This document shows positions 7,946-17,403 of a stretch of 40,000 nt of DNA, piece by piece. The DNA lies in the NCBI GenBank assembly GCA_026004735.1, contig BPJS01000001.1, positions 3,884,859 through 3,924,858 of the forward strand. Reading direction: 5' to 3'. The notes below the pieces were generated by a model. The model did no database searches and was not told the DNA's origin. It worked only from the letters and a program-made list of their open reading frames with translations. This DNA is from Isosphaeraceae bacterium (GTDB lineage: Bacteria > Planctomycetota > Planctomycetia > Isosphaerales > Isosphaeraceae). The position numbers and the translations under genes are program-made. Within the stretch, counting starts at the first letter, position 1. Each line of letters opens with the position of its first letter.

Positions 7946-9336
7946 GCGACGTTCGACGCGGTTTGCCGCCCGTCCATGCGGTTCTCGACGACCCCGGGCT
8001 GTCGGTCTGGATCGAACGGCGAGGCCGAGAGGTCGTCGTCGAACAGGTTCGCGAGACCCTGGCCCAGCTTCGCGCTCAGGGGCGTGCGGCCGGCATCGCC
8101 GAGGTGGTCGCCCGTGTCGCCGCGGCCTTGGAATCCGACCGAGCCGGCCTACGCCGGGTCATCAACGCCACCGGCATCCTGATTCACACCGGGCTGGGCC
8201 GGGCACCCCTGGGAGCCGAGATCGCGCGTCAGGTCGCCGAGGCTGCCGAGCGCTACTGCGCCCTGGAGTTCGATCTCGACTCAGGGACCCGCGGCCGCCG
8301 GGCGACCCACGTCGCCCAACTGCTGGCCGACCTGACCGGTGCCGAGGCGGCCGTCGTCGTTAACAACAACGCCGCCGCCACGCTGCTGACCCTACGTGTG
8401 CTGGCCGCCGGCCGCGAAGTTATCGTCAGCCGTGGCCAGTTGATCGAGATTGGGGGCAGCTACCGGCTGCCGGACGTCTTCGAGGCTTCCGGTGCACGAC
8501 TTCGGGAGGTCGGCACAACCAACAAGACCCGGCTTTCGGACTACAGCGACGCGATTCAGCCCTCGACGGCCGGGCTGCTCCGGGTCCACGCCAGCAACTT
8601 CCGGATCGTCGGCTTCACCGAGGAGGTTGCCATTGGCGCTCTGGCCGCTCTGGCCCACGACCGAGGTCTCTGGTGCGTCGACGACATCGGCTCCGGTGCG
8701 CTCGCGCCTGGGCTCCCCCCCGGGATCGGTCCCCGCGAACCGACCATCCGCGGCAGCCTGGCCGCCGGCGCCGATCTCGTGCTCTGCTCCGGCGACAAGC
8801 TGCTGGGCGGCCCCCAGTGCGGCCTGATCCTGGGTCGCGCTGACCTGATCGCCCAGATCAGTGTCGATCCGATGATGCGGGCGTTGCGAGTCGACAAGCT
8901 GACACTGGCCGCGCTCGAGGCCGTGCTCCGCCTGGCCCGTTCACGCTCCCAGGCCGTAAAAGCGATCCCCCTTTGGTCGCTCCTGGCCACGCCCGTCGAA
9001 CAGCTCGATCACCGCGGCCAACGTCTGGCCGCCCGCTGGAACGCCCAAAACGTCTCGGCACTGGTTACCTCGAGTGAGGCCTACCTCGGCGGCGGAACGA
9101 CGCCCGATCAGGCCCTTCCCTCCCGAGCTGTCCGCCTCGACCCCCCCTTCCCCGGCCGATTCCCCACGGCCGACCACCTCGCCCGTGCCCTGCGTCTGGG
9201 AGAACCGCCCGTCGTCGCCCGGGTCCACGGTGGATCGGTCTGGCTCGACCTCCGCTCGGTCTTCCCGGACGAGGACGTCATCCTGGAGAGGGCAGTCCTC
9301 GCCCAACTCGGCGACGATCGGCCCTCGACCGGTTAG
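7942..9336 (+). CDS. selA: L-seryl-tRNA(Sec) selenium transferase (selenocysteine synthase) SelA
   Basis: 464 aa with a PLP-lysine motif 'SGDKLLGGPQCGLILG'. The N-terminal 'LPPVHAVLD' region and overall length are typical of SelA. Confidence 0.9.
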   Translation: MSDVRRGLPPVHAVLDDPGLSVWIERRGREVVVEQVRETLAQLRAQGRAAGIAEVVARVAAALESDRAGLRRVINATGILIHTGLGRAPLGAEIARQVAEAAERYCALEFDLDSGTRGRRATHVAQLLADLTGAEAAVVVNNNAAATLLTLRVLAAGREVIVSRGQLIEIGGSYRLPDVFEASGARLREVGTTNKTRLSDYSDAIQPSTAGLLRVHASNFRIVGFTEEVAIGALAALAHDRGLWCVDDIGSGALAPGLPPGIGPREPTIRGSLAAGADLVLCSGDKLLGGPQCGLILGRADLIAQISVDPMMRALRVDKLTLAALEAVLRLARSRSQAVKAIPLWSLLATPVEQLDHRGQRLAARWNAQNVSALVTSSEAYLGGGTTPDQALPSRAVRLDPPFPGRFPTADHLARALRLGEPPVVARVHGGSVWLDLRSVFPDEDVILERAVLAQLGDDRPSTG

Positions 9337-9378
9337 AATGACCGCCCAGGCCGTTCCTCCACTCTGGAAGCTCAGCCC

Positions 9379-10356
9379 ATGCGCCTTTGCCGGTTCCGGC
9401 TCGATGACCTGACCCTGACCGGTTTCTACCTCGACCACGCCGTGATCCCCATCGACCAGGCTTCGGAGATCGCGGCCGAGACCGCGCGGATCCGCCCGCC
9501 CGCGATCGCGGGCTCGGATTGTGTGCTCGACTACCTGCCTCCCGACGGAGCGGCCTGCGAACATGCCGCCTTGCTCTGGGGTTGGATTCAAACGCTCGCC
9601 GCCGACTCCCGGGCCGAGTTGGAGATCCCCCTTGAGGAAGTCGAGCTGCTGGTTCCCCTGCCCACCCCGCCCAAGCTGCTGCTGCTTGCCGGCAACTACC
9701 CGAAGCACGTCGAAGAACGAGGCGGACGGGCCGCTGAGCGCGAGGCAACCTTTCCCTATGTTTTCTGGAAACCCCCGACGACGACCATGATCGGTCCAGG
9801 CGCTCCGATCGTTCTGCCGGCGGCCTCGCCCGATCACATCGACTGGGAAGGCGAGCTGGGCGTCATCATCGGCCGTGGCGGACGCGCCATCCCGGAGTCC
9901 CAGGCTCTGGAACACGTCGCCGGCTACACGATCGTCAACGATGTGAGCGATCGGCGGTTCCGGCCCAACCCGGGGCGTACCCCTCGGCCGCGGGACGAGC
10001 ATTTCGACTGGCTTCACGGCAAGTGGCACGACACGTTCTGCCCTTGCGGTCCGTGCATCCTCGCCGCGGGAAGCGATGTCGATCCGCAAGATCTGCGGAT
10101 CCGATTGACCGTCAACGGCGCAACGAGGCAGGACGGCCACACCGGCGACATGATCTTTCCCGTCGCCGCCATCATCGCTTTCCTCTCCTCGTTCATGACT
10201 CTCGAGCCTGGCGACCTGATTGCAACCGGCACACCGGCCGGTGTCGGCTCAGCCCGCGGCGAGTACCTGCGGCATGGCGATCGGGTCGTCGTTTCGATCG
10301 ACGGCATCGGGCGTCTGGAAAACCCGGTTGTCGATCCGCGGATGCAGCAGTCATGA
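9379..10356 (+). CDS. Fumarylacetoacetate hydrolase (FAH) family protein
   Basis: 325 aa. FAH-fold metal-binding signature 'DWEGELGVIIG' ... 'GYTIVNDVSDR', with a C-terminal 'TLEPGDLIATGTPAGVG'. It starts 42 nt after the selA stop on the same strand. Confidence 0.85.
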   Translation: MRLCRFRLDDLTLTGFYLDHAVIPIDQASEIAAETARIRPPAIAGSDCVLDYLPPDGAACEHAALLWGWIQTLAADSRAELEIPLEEVELLVPLPTPPKLLLLAGNYPKHVEERGGRAAEREATFPYVFWKPPTTTMIGPGAPIVLPAASPDHIDWEGELGVIIGRGGRAIPESQALEHVAGYTIVNDVSDRRFRPNPGRTPRPRDEHFDWLHGKWHDTFCPCGPCILAAGSDVDPQDLRIRLTVNGATRQDGHTGDMIFPVAAIIAFLSSFMTLEPGDLIATGTPAGVGSARGEYLRHGDRVVVSIDGIGRLENPVVDPRMQQS

Positions 10357-11633
10357 GCGTGGCCATCGGCTGGATTCTGGCTCTGGCACTCCTGGCCGAT
10401 CGGCCGACTGTCGCCGCCCGCGCGGCGGCCAGCTCCACCCTCGAAGGCTGCTCCGTCAACGGTCCGCTCGACGGCGACCGCTTGGGCACAAAGGCGGACA
10501 CCCTCTGGAAAGGCCAGCCGGCCCAATCTCCGTGGTGGTGGGAGGTGCGGTTCGAGGAACCGACGACCGTCGGAGCCATCCTTCAGGTGGTTGGCTCCGA
10601 TCCGGAGGAGTTCCGCGACGCCCCCCTGCGATCGGTCTGGCAAGCCTCCGAGGACGGCTCTACCTGGTTCGATCTGGTCGAGACCCGAAACCTCGGTTCG
10701 CAACGCCTCTTCCGGGTGTTTCGACTCGGCGAAGCGCGTCGCGTGTTGGGATTGCGGCTGGTGGTGACCGAGTGCCTCGGCGACGCGCCGACGCTCCGGG
10801 CCGTGGAGTTTTACGAGCGACCCGACTCCGCGATCGCGTTCCCCGAGTGGATCCTGGCCGTCAGCACGCTCGAAGAACGGGACACTCGCCACGCGGCGTC
10901 GGCGTTTGTCCGGCTTGCGCGTCGAACGCCCGGGTTCGAGACGATCGTCGCGCAGCGGGCGTGGATGGGTGAAGTCGATCTGGAGCTAGCCACCGCCGAG
11001 CCGCGTCCGCTCGCCATCTTCTTGTCCGGCAATCACAGCGACTGGTGTCAGAAAGACCGGGCGGCCTGGAAGGGGCTGGAAGCGGTGCTTCGCGAAGGTT
11101 CGACGCCGCTCTGGGGTTCGTGCGGCGGCGGTCAGGGCTTGGCGATTCTGGCTGAGACCGGCACCGACGCTCCCTGGGACTGCCCGCGGTGCCGGGACCC
11201 GCAACGGCCCAAGTTGCCGATCTACACGCACATCGGCCACACCGGCCCCAGCCCGTGCGGAGTCTACGAACACAACCTCGCGGAGCGGGGGCCGACGGCG
11301 CTGCGGATCGTGCGGAACGACCCGGTCTTGAGCGGTTTGCCGGAAGTTTTTCTGGCCATGGAGAGCCACGTTGGCCAGATCGAATATCCGCCGGCCGGCT
11401 GGAGCCTGCTCGTCACGGCCGGACCAGGAGCGCTGACGCCGGTCCAACTGATCCGACTCGACGATCGGCCGATCTATGCGGCTCAGTTTCACATCGAGAT
11501 GGAGGGGACGCCCGAAAGCTCGCTCGTGCTGATGCGCGGCTTTCTGACCGAAGCGCGGCGGTGGCGGGCGGCGGGCTCAGGAGCGGGCGGCCGGGGCTCC
11601 CCCGAGTGCGGCGGGTGCGGCCGGAACCGCTGA
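10353..11633 (+). CDS. Exported F5/8-type-C (discoidin)-like domain fused to a class-I glutamine-amidotransferase-like domain
   Basis: The start is placed at ATG 10353, overlapping the FAH stop as ATGA; the track's 10023 start lies inside FAH. There is an N-terminal signal-like segment MSVAIGWILALALLADRPTVAA. Discoidin-like features are 'SPWWWEVRFEEPTTVGAILQVVG' and 'LGLRLVV'. The GATase1 nucleophile elbow is 'GSCGGGQGLA' and the His-Glu pair is 'AAQFHIE'. Confidence 0.65.
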   Translation: MSVAIGWILALALLADRPTVAARAAASSTLEGCSVNGPLDGDRLGTKADTLWKGQPAQSPWWWEVRFEEPTTVGAILQVVGSDPEEFRDAPLRSVWQASEDGSTWFDLVETRNLGSQRLFRVFRLGEARRVLGLRLVVTECLGDAPTLRAVEFYERPDSAIAFPEWILAVSTLEERDTRHAASAFVRLARRTPGFETIVAQRAWMGEVDLELATAEPRPLAIFLSGNHSDWCQKDRAAWKGLEAVLREGSTPLWGSCGGGQGLAILAETGTDAPWDCPRCRDPQRPKLPIYTHIGHTGPSPCGVYEHNLAERGPTALRIVRNDPVLSGLPEVFLAMESHVGQIEYPPAGWSLLVTAGPGALTPVQLIRLDDRPIYAAQFHIEMEGTPESSLVLMRGFLTEARRWRAAGSGAGGRGSPECGGCGRNR

Positions 11634-12308
11634 AGGAGGAGCCTTCGGCGCCGGCGCCGGCGAGGGAGTACCCAACGACACTCCCGCCGTGAACACGGTG
11701 AGGACCAGACCCACCAGCCCGATCCCCGCGATCACCAGCGCGACGGTCCCAAACGCCCGATTCAAGCTCCTGAGCGCTTGGATGAGCAACGGCAGGTCTT
11801 GCGACTCGCTCTCGACGATCTCTTGAAACAATCCGCCCGACTCGCGTAGCGACCAGAAGATCCAAAGCAGGGCCAGGGCACCGATGATCGCCGATCCCGC
11901 CTCGGCGGCAGCGCTCCAGGATTGGGTACCGATCGCCTGGAGTAGCGGCATCCCGAATCGCGCCACAAGCGCGATGGCGATCAACAGGAATAGCCAGGCG
12001 ACCGTCTTCAGATTACCGCCCAACTCCTTCAGAAGCGCGTCTTGCTCGAAGCTGAATTCAAAGGTTCCCGTGCCGCGAAGCCCAACCGTCGGCCGGGCGG
12101 GCTGTCCGGTTGCCGCCGCGGCCCCGGGGGGACGGTTGGGGGTCGGGGGCTTGGCAGCGCCCGGAGGTGGCTGGTAGCTCGGCCGGCCAGAGGCCCCAGG
12201 ACCTGACTGAGGCGGCGGGTTCGTGGGTTTGGCGGCCCCAGGCGGCGGCGTGTAGGGCCGAGGCTTAGGCTTTTGCGGACCCGTGGGCGGAGGTTCGCCG
12301 GTCGACAT
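11577..12308 (-). CDS. Proline-rich membrane protein, unknown function
   Basis: Start placed at ATG 12308 (MSTGEPPPTGPQ...). The N-terminal ~90 aa are Pro-rich with a repeated 'PPPGAAKP'. Three to four hydrophobic helices follow (VAWLFLLIAIALVARFG, IIGALALLWIFW, GTVALVIAGIGLVGLVLTVF). No family recognised. Confidence 0.5.
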   Translation of the reverse strand: MSTGEPPPTGPQKPKPRPYTPPPGAAKPTNPPPQSGPGASGRPSYQPPPGAAKPPTPNRPPGAAAATGQPARPTVGLRGTGTFEFSFEQDALLKELGGNLKTVAWLFLLIAIALVARFGMPLLQAIGTQSWSAAAEAGSAIIGALALLWIFWSLRESGGLFQEIVESESQDLPLLIQALRSLNRAFGTVALVIAGIGLVGLVLTVFTAGVSLGTPSPAPAPKAPPSAVPAAPAALGGAPAARS

Positions 12309-12394
12309 GGCGGACGGTCTCTCGTGAAGCGGCACCGTGCAACTGGCCTGACGCAACTATGGCACGGACGAGCCAGCCAGGCAACCCAACCGGC

Positions 12395-13663
12395 TCAGCC
12401 CTCCGTGTCCGGCGGGATGATCGAGGGCAGCTCCAGACGTCCGCTGCCACCCGGCCCCTTGAGCATCTGGTGCTTCGCCTGGGTCGTCTGCATCAGGCCG
12501 TGGATCTTGATAAAGCCCTGTGCTGCGGTGGCGTCGTACTGGTCGCCCTTCTCGTAGGTGGCCAGCTCATGCCGATACAGACTGTATTCGCTCCGCCGGC
12601 CCACCACCTGACAATGCCCCTTGTACAGCTTGAGCCGGACCTCGCCCGTGACATACTGCTGGTTCGACACCACAAACGCCATCAAATCCTGATGGAACGC
12701 GCTAAACCAAAGCCCATTGTAGATCAGGTCGGCGTAGGCCTGGCTGACATAGGTCTTGAAGCGCAGCGCGTCTTTCGAAAGTGTCAGGAACTCAAGCTCG
12801 CGATGAGCCTCGTGGAGCACGACCGCCGCCGGCGCTTCGTACAGCTCCCGGCTCTTGATGCCCACCAGCCGGTTTTCCACATGGTCGATCCGCCCGACCC
12901 CGTGCTCCCCGGCCAACCGATTGAGCCGCTCCAGCAACGGCACTCCGTCCAGCGGTTGGCCATCCAGCGCGACCGGCTTGCCCCGCTCAAAGCCGATCGT
13001 CACATAGACCGGCTCGTCCGGCGCTTGGCGGGGATCGACCGTCCACTCAAACGCCTCGGCCGGTGGCTCCACCCACGGATCTTCGAGAACACCCGACTCG
13101 ACCGACCGACCGAAAATGTTCTGGTCGACCGAGTAGATTTTTTCGGAGGCAGCCTCGAGCGGGATCCCATGCTGGCGGGCGAAGGCCAGTTGTTCGCTCC
13201 GCGTCCACTTCCATTCCCGCACCGGGGCGATGATCCGAAGATCCGGCGCTAGGGTTTGGAATGTGACGTCGAAGCGGACCTGGTCATTCCCCTTGCCGGT
13301 GCATCCATGCGCGACGGCCGTCGCGCCCTGCTCGCGCGCGTAGTGGACCATCCGCTGCGCGATCAGCGGCCGACCCAGCGCCGTCGCCATCGGATATTTG
13401 CCCTCGTAAAGAGCGCCGGCCATCAGCGACGGAAAGACGAAATAATCGAGAAACAGGTTACGGACGTCTTCGGCGATCGCGTGGACTGCCCCGGTCCGCA
13501 GCGCCTTTTGCCGGATCGCCTCGATATCCTGGCCCTGGCCGAGGTCGCACGTATAGGTCACCACGTCCAGGCCATAGGTTTCGTTGATCCACTTAACGGC
13601 TACCGAGGTGTCGAGGCCGCCGGAGTAGGCAAGAATCACACGATCGCGTGACACGTTCTGCAT
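12395..13663 (-). CDS. argG: Argininosuccinate synthase
   Basis: 422 aa with the N-type ATP-PPase motif 'VILAYSGGLDTSV', plus 'AHGCTGKGNDQVRF' and 'SVDQNIFGRS'. Confidence 0.95.
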   Translation of the reverse strand: MQNVSRDRVILAYSGGLDTSVAVKWINETYGLDVVTYTCDLGQGQDIEAIRQKALRTGAVHAIAEDVRNLFLDYFVFPSLMAGALYEGKYPMATALGRPLIAQRMVHYAREQGATAVAHGCTGKGNDQVRFDVTFQTLAPDLRIIAPVREWKWTRSEQLAFARQHGIPLEAASEKIYSVDQNIFGRSVESGVLEDPWVEPPAEAFEWTVDPRQAPDEPVYVTIGFERGKPVALDGQPLDGVPLLERLNRLAGEHGVGRIDHVENRLVGIKSRELYEAPAAVVLHEAHRELEFLTLSKDALRFKTYVSQAYADLIYNGLWFSAFHQDLMAFVVSNQQYVTGEVRLKLYKGHCQVVGRRSEYSLYRHELATYEKGDQYDATAAQGFIKIHGLMQTTQAKHQMLKGPGGSGRLELPSIIPPDTEG

Positions 13664-13878
13664 CCCGAATGGAGCAAGGAAGACCAGGTTGTCCGGCGGC
13701 GGGCCGCCCCCGAGCTGAACACCTTAGCGGGATCCCGTCGCAGCCGGAAGGCCGGCGGATTGGGATCTCGCCGGGCCAGAGCGTCGTCCGCTAGGATACC
13801 GATTTTGGATCCCAGTGCGCCAGGGCGCCCGACCCGCCCGCGGCCGGTTTGCCTCGAAAGGACGACGAAAGCCCGCCC

Positions 13879-16800
13879 ATGAGTCTTCCGGACCTGACCG
13901 CCCCAGGCCACCCAGTCGCCGCCCCCCGCAACGCCGTCGCCGCGCCGCCCTTCCGTAAACTGCTCGTCGCCAACCGGGGCGAGATCGCGATCCGGGTCTG
14001 CCGATCCGCTCACGAGCTTGGCATCCGCACGGTCGCGATCTACTCCCACGAAGACCGCTTCGCCATGCACCGCCTCAAGGCCGACGAGGCCTACGAGGTC
14101 GGCCGCCGAGGCGAACCGATCCGCAGCTATCTCGACATTCCGGGGATCGTCGAGCTGGCGCGGAGCAAGGACGTTGAGGCCATCCATCCCGGCTACGGCT
14201 TTCTCTCTGAGAATGCCGAATTTGCCCGCGCCTGTGCTGCCGCGGGGATTTGCTTCGTCGGCCCGCGCCCTGAGCTTCTGGATCTGCTGGGCGACAAGAC
14301 GGCCGCGCGGCGGGTGGCCGAGCAGGCCGGGGTCCCAGTCTTACCCGGCAGCGCCGAGCCAATCGCCCCGGGGGCCGAGGCCGTCGAGCTAGCGGCCCGG
14401 CTGGGCTACCCGGTCATCGTCAAGGCGGCTCACGGCGGCGGCGGCCGGGGCATGCGGGTCGTCGAAAACCCCGATCAGCTCGATCAGGCCCTCGATCAGG
14501 CACGCCGCGAAGCCCAAACTGCCTTCGGAAGTCCGGCCGTCTTTCTCGAAAAGTTTATCCGTAAGGCCAAACATATCGAGGTTCAGATCCTGGGCGATGC
14601 CCACGGCCACCTGATTCACCTCTACGAACGCGATTGCTCGATCCAGCGCCGCCACCAGAAGGTCATCGAGATCGCCCCCGCGGTCAACCTCGACCCCCAG
14701 CTCCGCGACCGGATCTGCGCGGCGGCCGTGGCCATCGGACGCCAGGTCAACTACGACAATGCCGGCACCGTCGAGTTTCTGGTCGACGTCGATACCGGCC
14801 AGTTCTATTTCATCGAGGTCAACCCCCGGATCCAGGTCGAGCATACCGTCACCGAGATGATCACCGGCATCGACCTGGTCAAGTGCCAGATCCTGGTCGC
14901 GGCGGGCCGGCCGCTTTCCGACCCAGAGATCGGCCTGCCCGACCAATCGGCGGTGCACGTCGCCGGCTTCGCCTTCCAGTGCCGGATCACCACTGAGGAT
15001 CCCGAAAACAAATTCACGCCCGACTACGGACGAATCACCCACTACCGCTCGCCCGGCGGCCTGGGAATCCGCCTCGACGGCGGCACGGCCATGACCGGCG
15101 CGATCGTCACCCCGTTCTACGACAGCCTGCTCGTCAAAGTCTCGGCGCAGGCGCGGCGATTCGACCACGCCGTCGATCGCATGGAACGCGCGCTCCAGGA
15201 GTTCCGAATCCGCGGCGTCAAAACCAATATCCCCTTCCTGCTCAACGTCATCAATCACCCAACCTTCCGCGCCGGCGAGTGCACCACCCGGTTTATCGAC
15301 GAAACCCCCGAATTGTTCCGGTTCCCCAAACGCCAGGACCGCGCGACTCGGTTGCTGACCTACCTGGCCGAGGTGACCGTCAATGGCTTCCCGGGCATTC
15401 CCCGTCAACGACCGCCGGCGCTGGTCGGCTGCGGAGAGCCCGAGCCACCGGCCTGTAACCTGGCCACCCCCCCTCCCCCGGGCACACGCCAGCGGCTCCA
15501 GGAACTCGGCCCCGAGCGATTCGTCGCCTGGATCCGTGAACAAAAGCAGCTTCTCCTGACCGACACGACCTTCCGCGACGCCCACCAATCCCTGCTCGCC
15601 ACCCGCCTGCGGACCCGCGACATGGTCCGCGTCGCCGACGCCTACGCCCGCCTCGCCCCCGGCCTCTTCTCGATCGAAATGTGGGGCGGGGCGACCTTCG
15701 ACGCCAGCATGCGCTTCCTCAAGGAAGATCCCTGGGAGCGGCTGGCCTTGCTTCGCGAGCGGATCCCCAACCTCCTGTTCCAGATGCTCCTTCGCGGCGC
15801 CAACGCCGTCGGCTACACCAGCTACCCCGACAACGTCGTCCAGGCCTTCGTACGCGAAGCAACCTCCGCCGGGATCGACCTGTTCCGCGTGTTCGACTCG
15901 CTCAACTGGGTCCCCAACATGACCCCCGCGCTCGAGGCGGTGCGCGAAGCCGGCGCCTTGTGCGAGGCCGCCATCTGCTACACCGGCGATATCCTCGACC
16001 CCTCCCGGCCTAAGTACAACCTGAAATATTACGTCTCGATGGCCCGCGAGCTGGAAAAACGCGGCGCCCACCTGATCGCCATCAAGGACATGGCCGGGCT
16101 TTGCAAACCCTACGCCGCCGAGCAACTGGTCCGCGCCCTCCGTCAGGAAGTCGGCATTCCGATCCACTTCCATACCCACGACATCGGCGGTGCCCAGGCC
16201 GCCAGCGTCCTCAAAGCCGCCGAGGTCGGCCTCGAGATCGCCGACGGCGCCATCGCCAGCATGTCCGCCTTGACCAGCCAGCCCAGCCTCAACGCCATCG
16301 TCGAGAGCCTGCGCCATACGCCCCGTCAATCCAGCCTCGATCCCTCGGCCCTGATCCAACTGAGCCGATACTGGGAAGCCGTCCGCCGCCAGTACCAGGC
16401 CTTCGAATCCGGGCTTCAGGCCCCTTCGGCCGACCTCTACGCCTACGAAATGCCCGGCGGGCAATACACAAACCTATTCCAGCAGGCCAAGGCCCTGGGC
16501 CTTGAGCCGCGCTGGGTCGAGGTCTGCGACGCCTACGCCGAGGTCAATCGGCTCTTCGGCGATATCGTCAAAGTGACGCCGTCGTCCAAGGTGGTCGGCG
16601 ACATGGCGCTGTTCATGGTCGCCAACAACCTCAAACCCGAAGACATCCTCGACCCGTCCCGTGAACTGGCCTTCCCCGAGAGCGTCGTCGAGTTCATGGA
16701 AGGCCGGCTTGGGCACCCGCCCGGCGGATTCCCCGAGGCCGTCCAGAAACGCATCCTCAAGGGCCGCCCGCCACTGGCCGACCGTCCCGGCGCTAACCTG

Positions 16801-17397
16801 CCTCCCGAAGATCTCGAGGCCACCCGCCAAAAAGTCGAGAACCTCACCGGCCAGCCCGCTACCCTCCGCGACGCGCTGAGCTACTTGATGTACCCCCGCG
16901 TCTTCCCGGATCTGGCCGCCCATCTCCGGCTCTATGGCGATACCTCCGTTCTGCCGACCACCCTCTTTTTCTACGGTCCCGAGCCGGGCGTCGAGCATCT
17001 GGTCGAACTCGAACCCGGCAAGACCCTGATCGTCAAGCTGCTCACCGTCGGCGAGCCTCACCTCGACGGCAAGCGGACCGTCTTCTTCGAACTCAACGGC
17101 CAGCCCCGCGAAATCACCGTCCCGGACCGTTCGCTGGCCTCGGCCGTCCGCGAAGTGCCCAAAGCCGATCCGGCCGACCCCTCCCAGATTGCCGCACCCC
17201 TGCCCGGACTCGTCGTCGGCGTGGCCGTCAAGGAAGGCGACCCGGTTCGCAAAGGCCAAAAGCTCGTTTCCCTCGAAGCCATGAAGATGGAAACAACCCT
17301 CTATGCCGAGCGTCCGGGGCGGATCACCGAAGTGCTGGTCCAGGTCGGCCAGCAGGTCGAAACCGGCGAATTGATCCTCCGCCTCGTGCCGGAGTAA
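13879..17397 (+). CDS. pyc: Pyruvate carboxylase (single-chain)
   Basis: Biotin carboxylase domain ('LLVANRGEIAIR', 'AAHGGGGRGMRVV'), carboxyltransferase TIM-barrel ('IHFHTHDIGG') and a C-terminal biotinyl domain 'SLEAMKMETT'. Start placed at ATG 13879; the track's 13849 is a TTG. Confidence 0.95.
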   Translation: MSLPDLTAPGHPVAAPRNAVAAPPFRKLLVANRGEIAIRVCRSAHELGIRTVAIYSHEDRFAMHRLKADEAYEVGRRGEPIRSYLDIPGIVELARSKDVEAIHPGYGFLSENAEFARACAAAGICFVGPRPELLDLLGDKTAARRVAEQAGVPVLPGSAEPIAPGAEAVELAARLGYPVIVKAAHGGGGRGMRVVENPDQLDQALDQARREAQTAFGSPAVFLEKFIRKAKHIEVQILGDAHGHLIHLYERDCSIQRRHQKVIEIAPAVNLDPQLRDRICAAAVAIGRQVNYDNAGTVEFLVDVDTGQFYFIEVNPRIQVEHTVTEMITGIDLVKCQILVAAGRPLSDPEIGLPDQSAVHVAGFAFQCRITTEDPENKFTPDYGRITHYRSPGGLGIRLDGGTAMTGAIVTPFYDSLLVKVSAQARRFDHAVDRMERALQEFRIRGVKTNIPFLLNVINHPTFRAGECTTRFIDETPELFRFPKRQDRATRLLTYLAEVTVNGFPGIPRQRPPALVGCGEPEPPACNLATPPPPGTRQRLQELGPERFVAWIREQKQLLLTDTTFRDAHQSLLATRLRTRDMVRVADAYARLAPGLFSIEMWGGATFDASMRFLKEDPWERLALLRERIPNLLFQMLLRGANAVGYTSYPDNVVQAFVREATSAGIDLFRVFDSLNWVPNMTPALEAVREAGALCEAAICYTGDILDPSRPKYNLKYYVSMARELEKRGAHLIAIKDMAGLCKPYAAEQLVRALRQEVGIPIHFHTHDIGGAQAASVLKAAEVGLEIADGAIASMSALTSQPSLNAIVESLRHTPRQSSLDPSALIQLSRYWEAVRRQYQAFESGLQAPSADLYAYEMPGGQYTNLFQQAKALGLEPRWVEVCDAYAEVNRLFGDIVKVTPSSKVVGDMALFMVANNLKPEDILDPSRELAFPESVVEFMEGRLGHPPGGFPEAVQKRILKGRPPLADRPGANLPPEDLEATRQKVENLTGQPATLRDALSYLMYPRVFPDLAAHLRLYGDTSVLPTTLFFYGPEPGVEHLVELEPGKTLIVKLLTVGEPHLDGKRTVFFELNGQPREITVPDRSLASAVREVPKADPADPSQIAAPLPGLVVGVAVKEGDPVRKGQKLVSLEAMKMETTLYAERPGRITEVLVQVGQQVETGELILRLVPE

Positions 17398-17403
17398 TCG
17401 GCC

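Noticed and set aside
8941-10140. 399-aa minus-strand ORF spanning the selA/FAH junction.
   Set aside because: It is antisense to two well-supported genes, crosses their intergenic gap, and has Gly/Arg/Asp-rich composition without motifs.
10023-10352. Upstream extension of the discoidin/GATase ORF to 10023.
   Set aside because: It lies entirely inside the FAH coding region in another frame and has Arg-rich composition. ATG 10353 is followed by a signal-like hydrophobic segment and overlaps the FAH stop as ATGA.
12359-13252. 297-aa plus-strand ORF antisense to argG.
   Set aside because: It is a shadow ORF. The argG frame carries all argininosuccinate synthase motifs.
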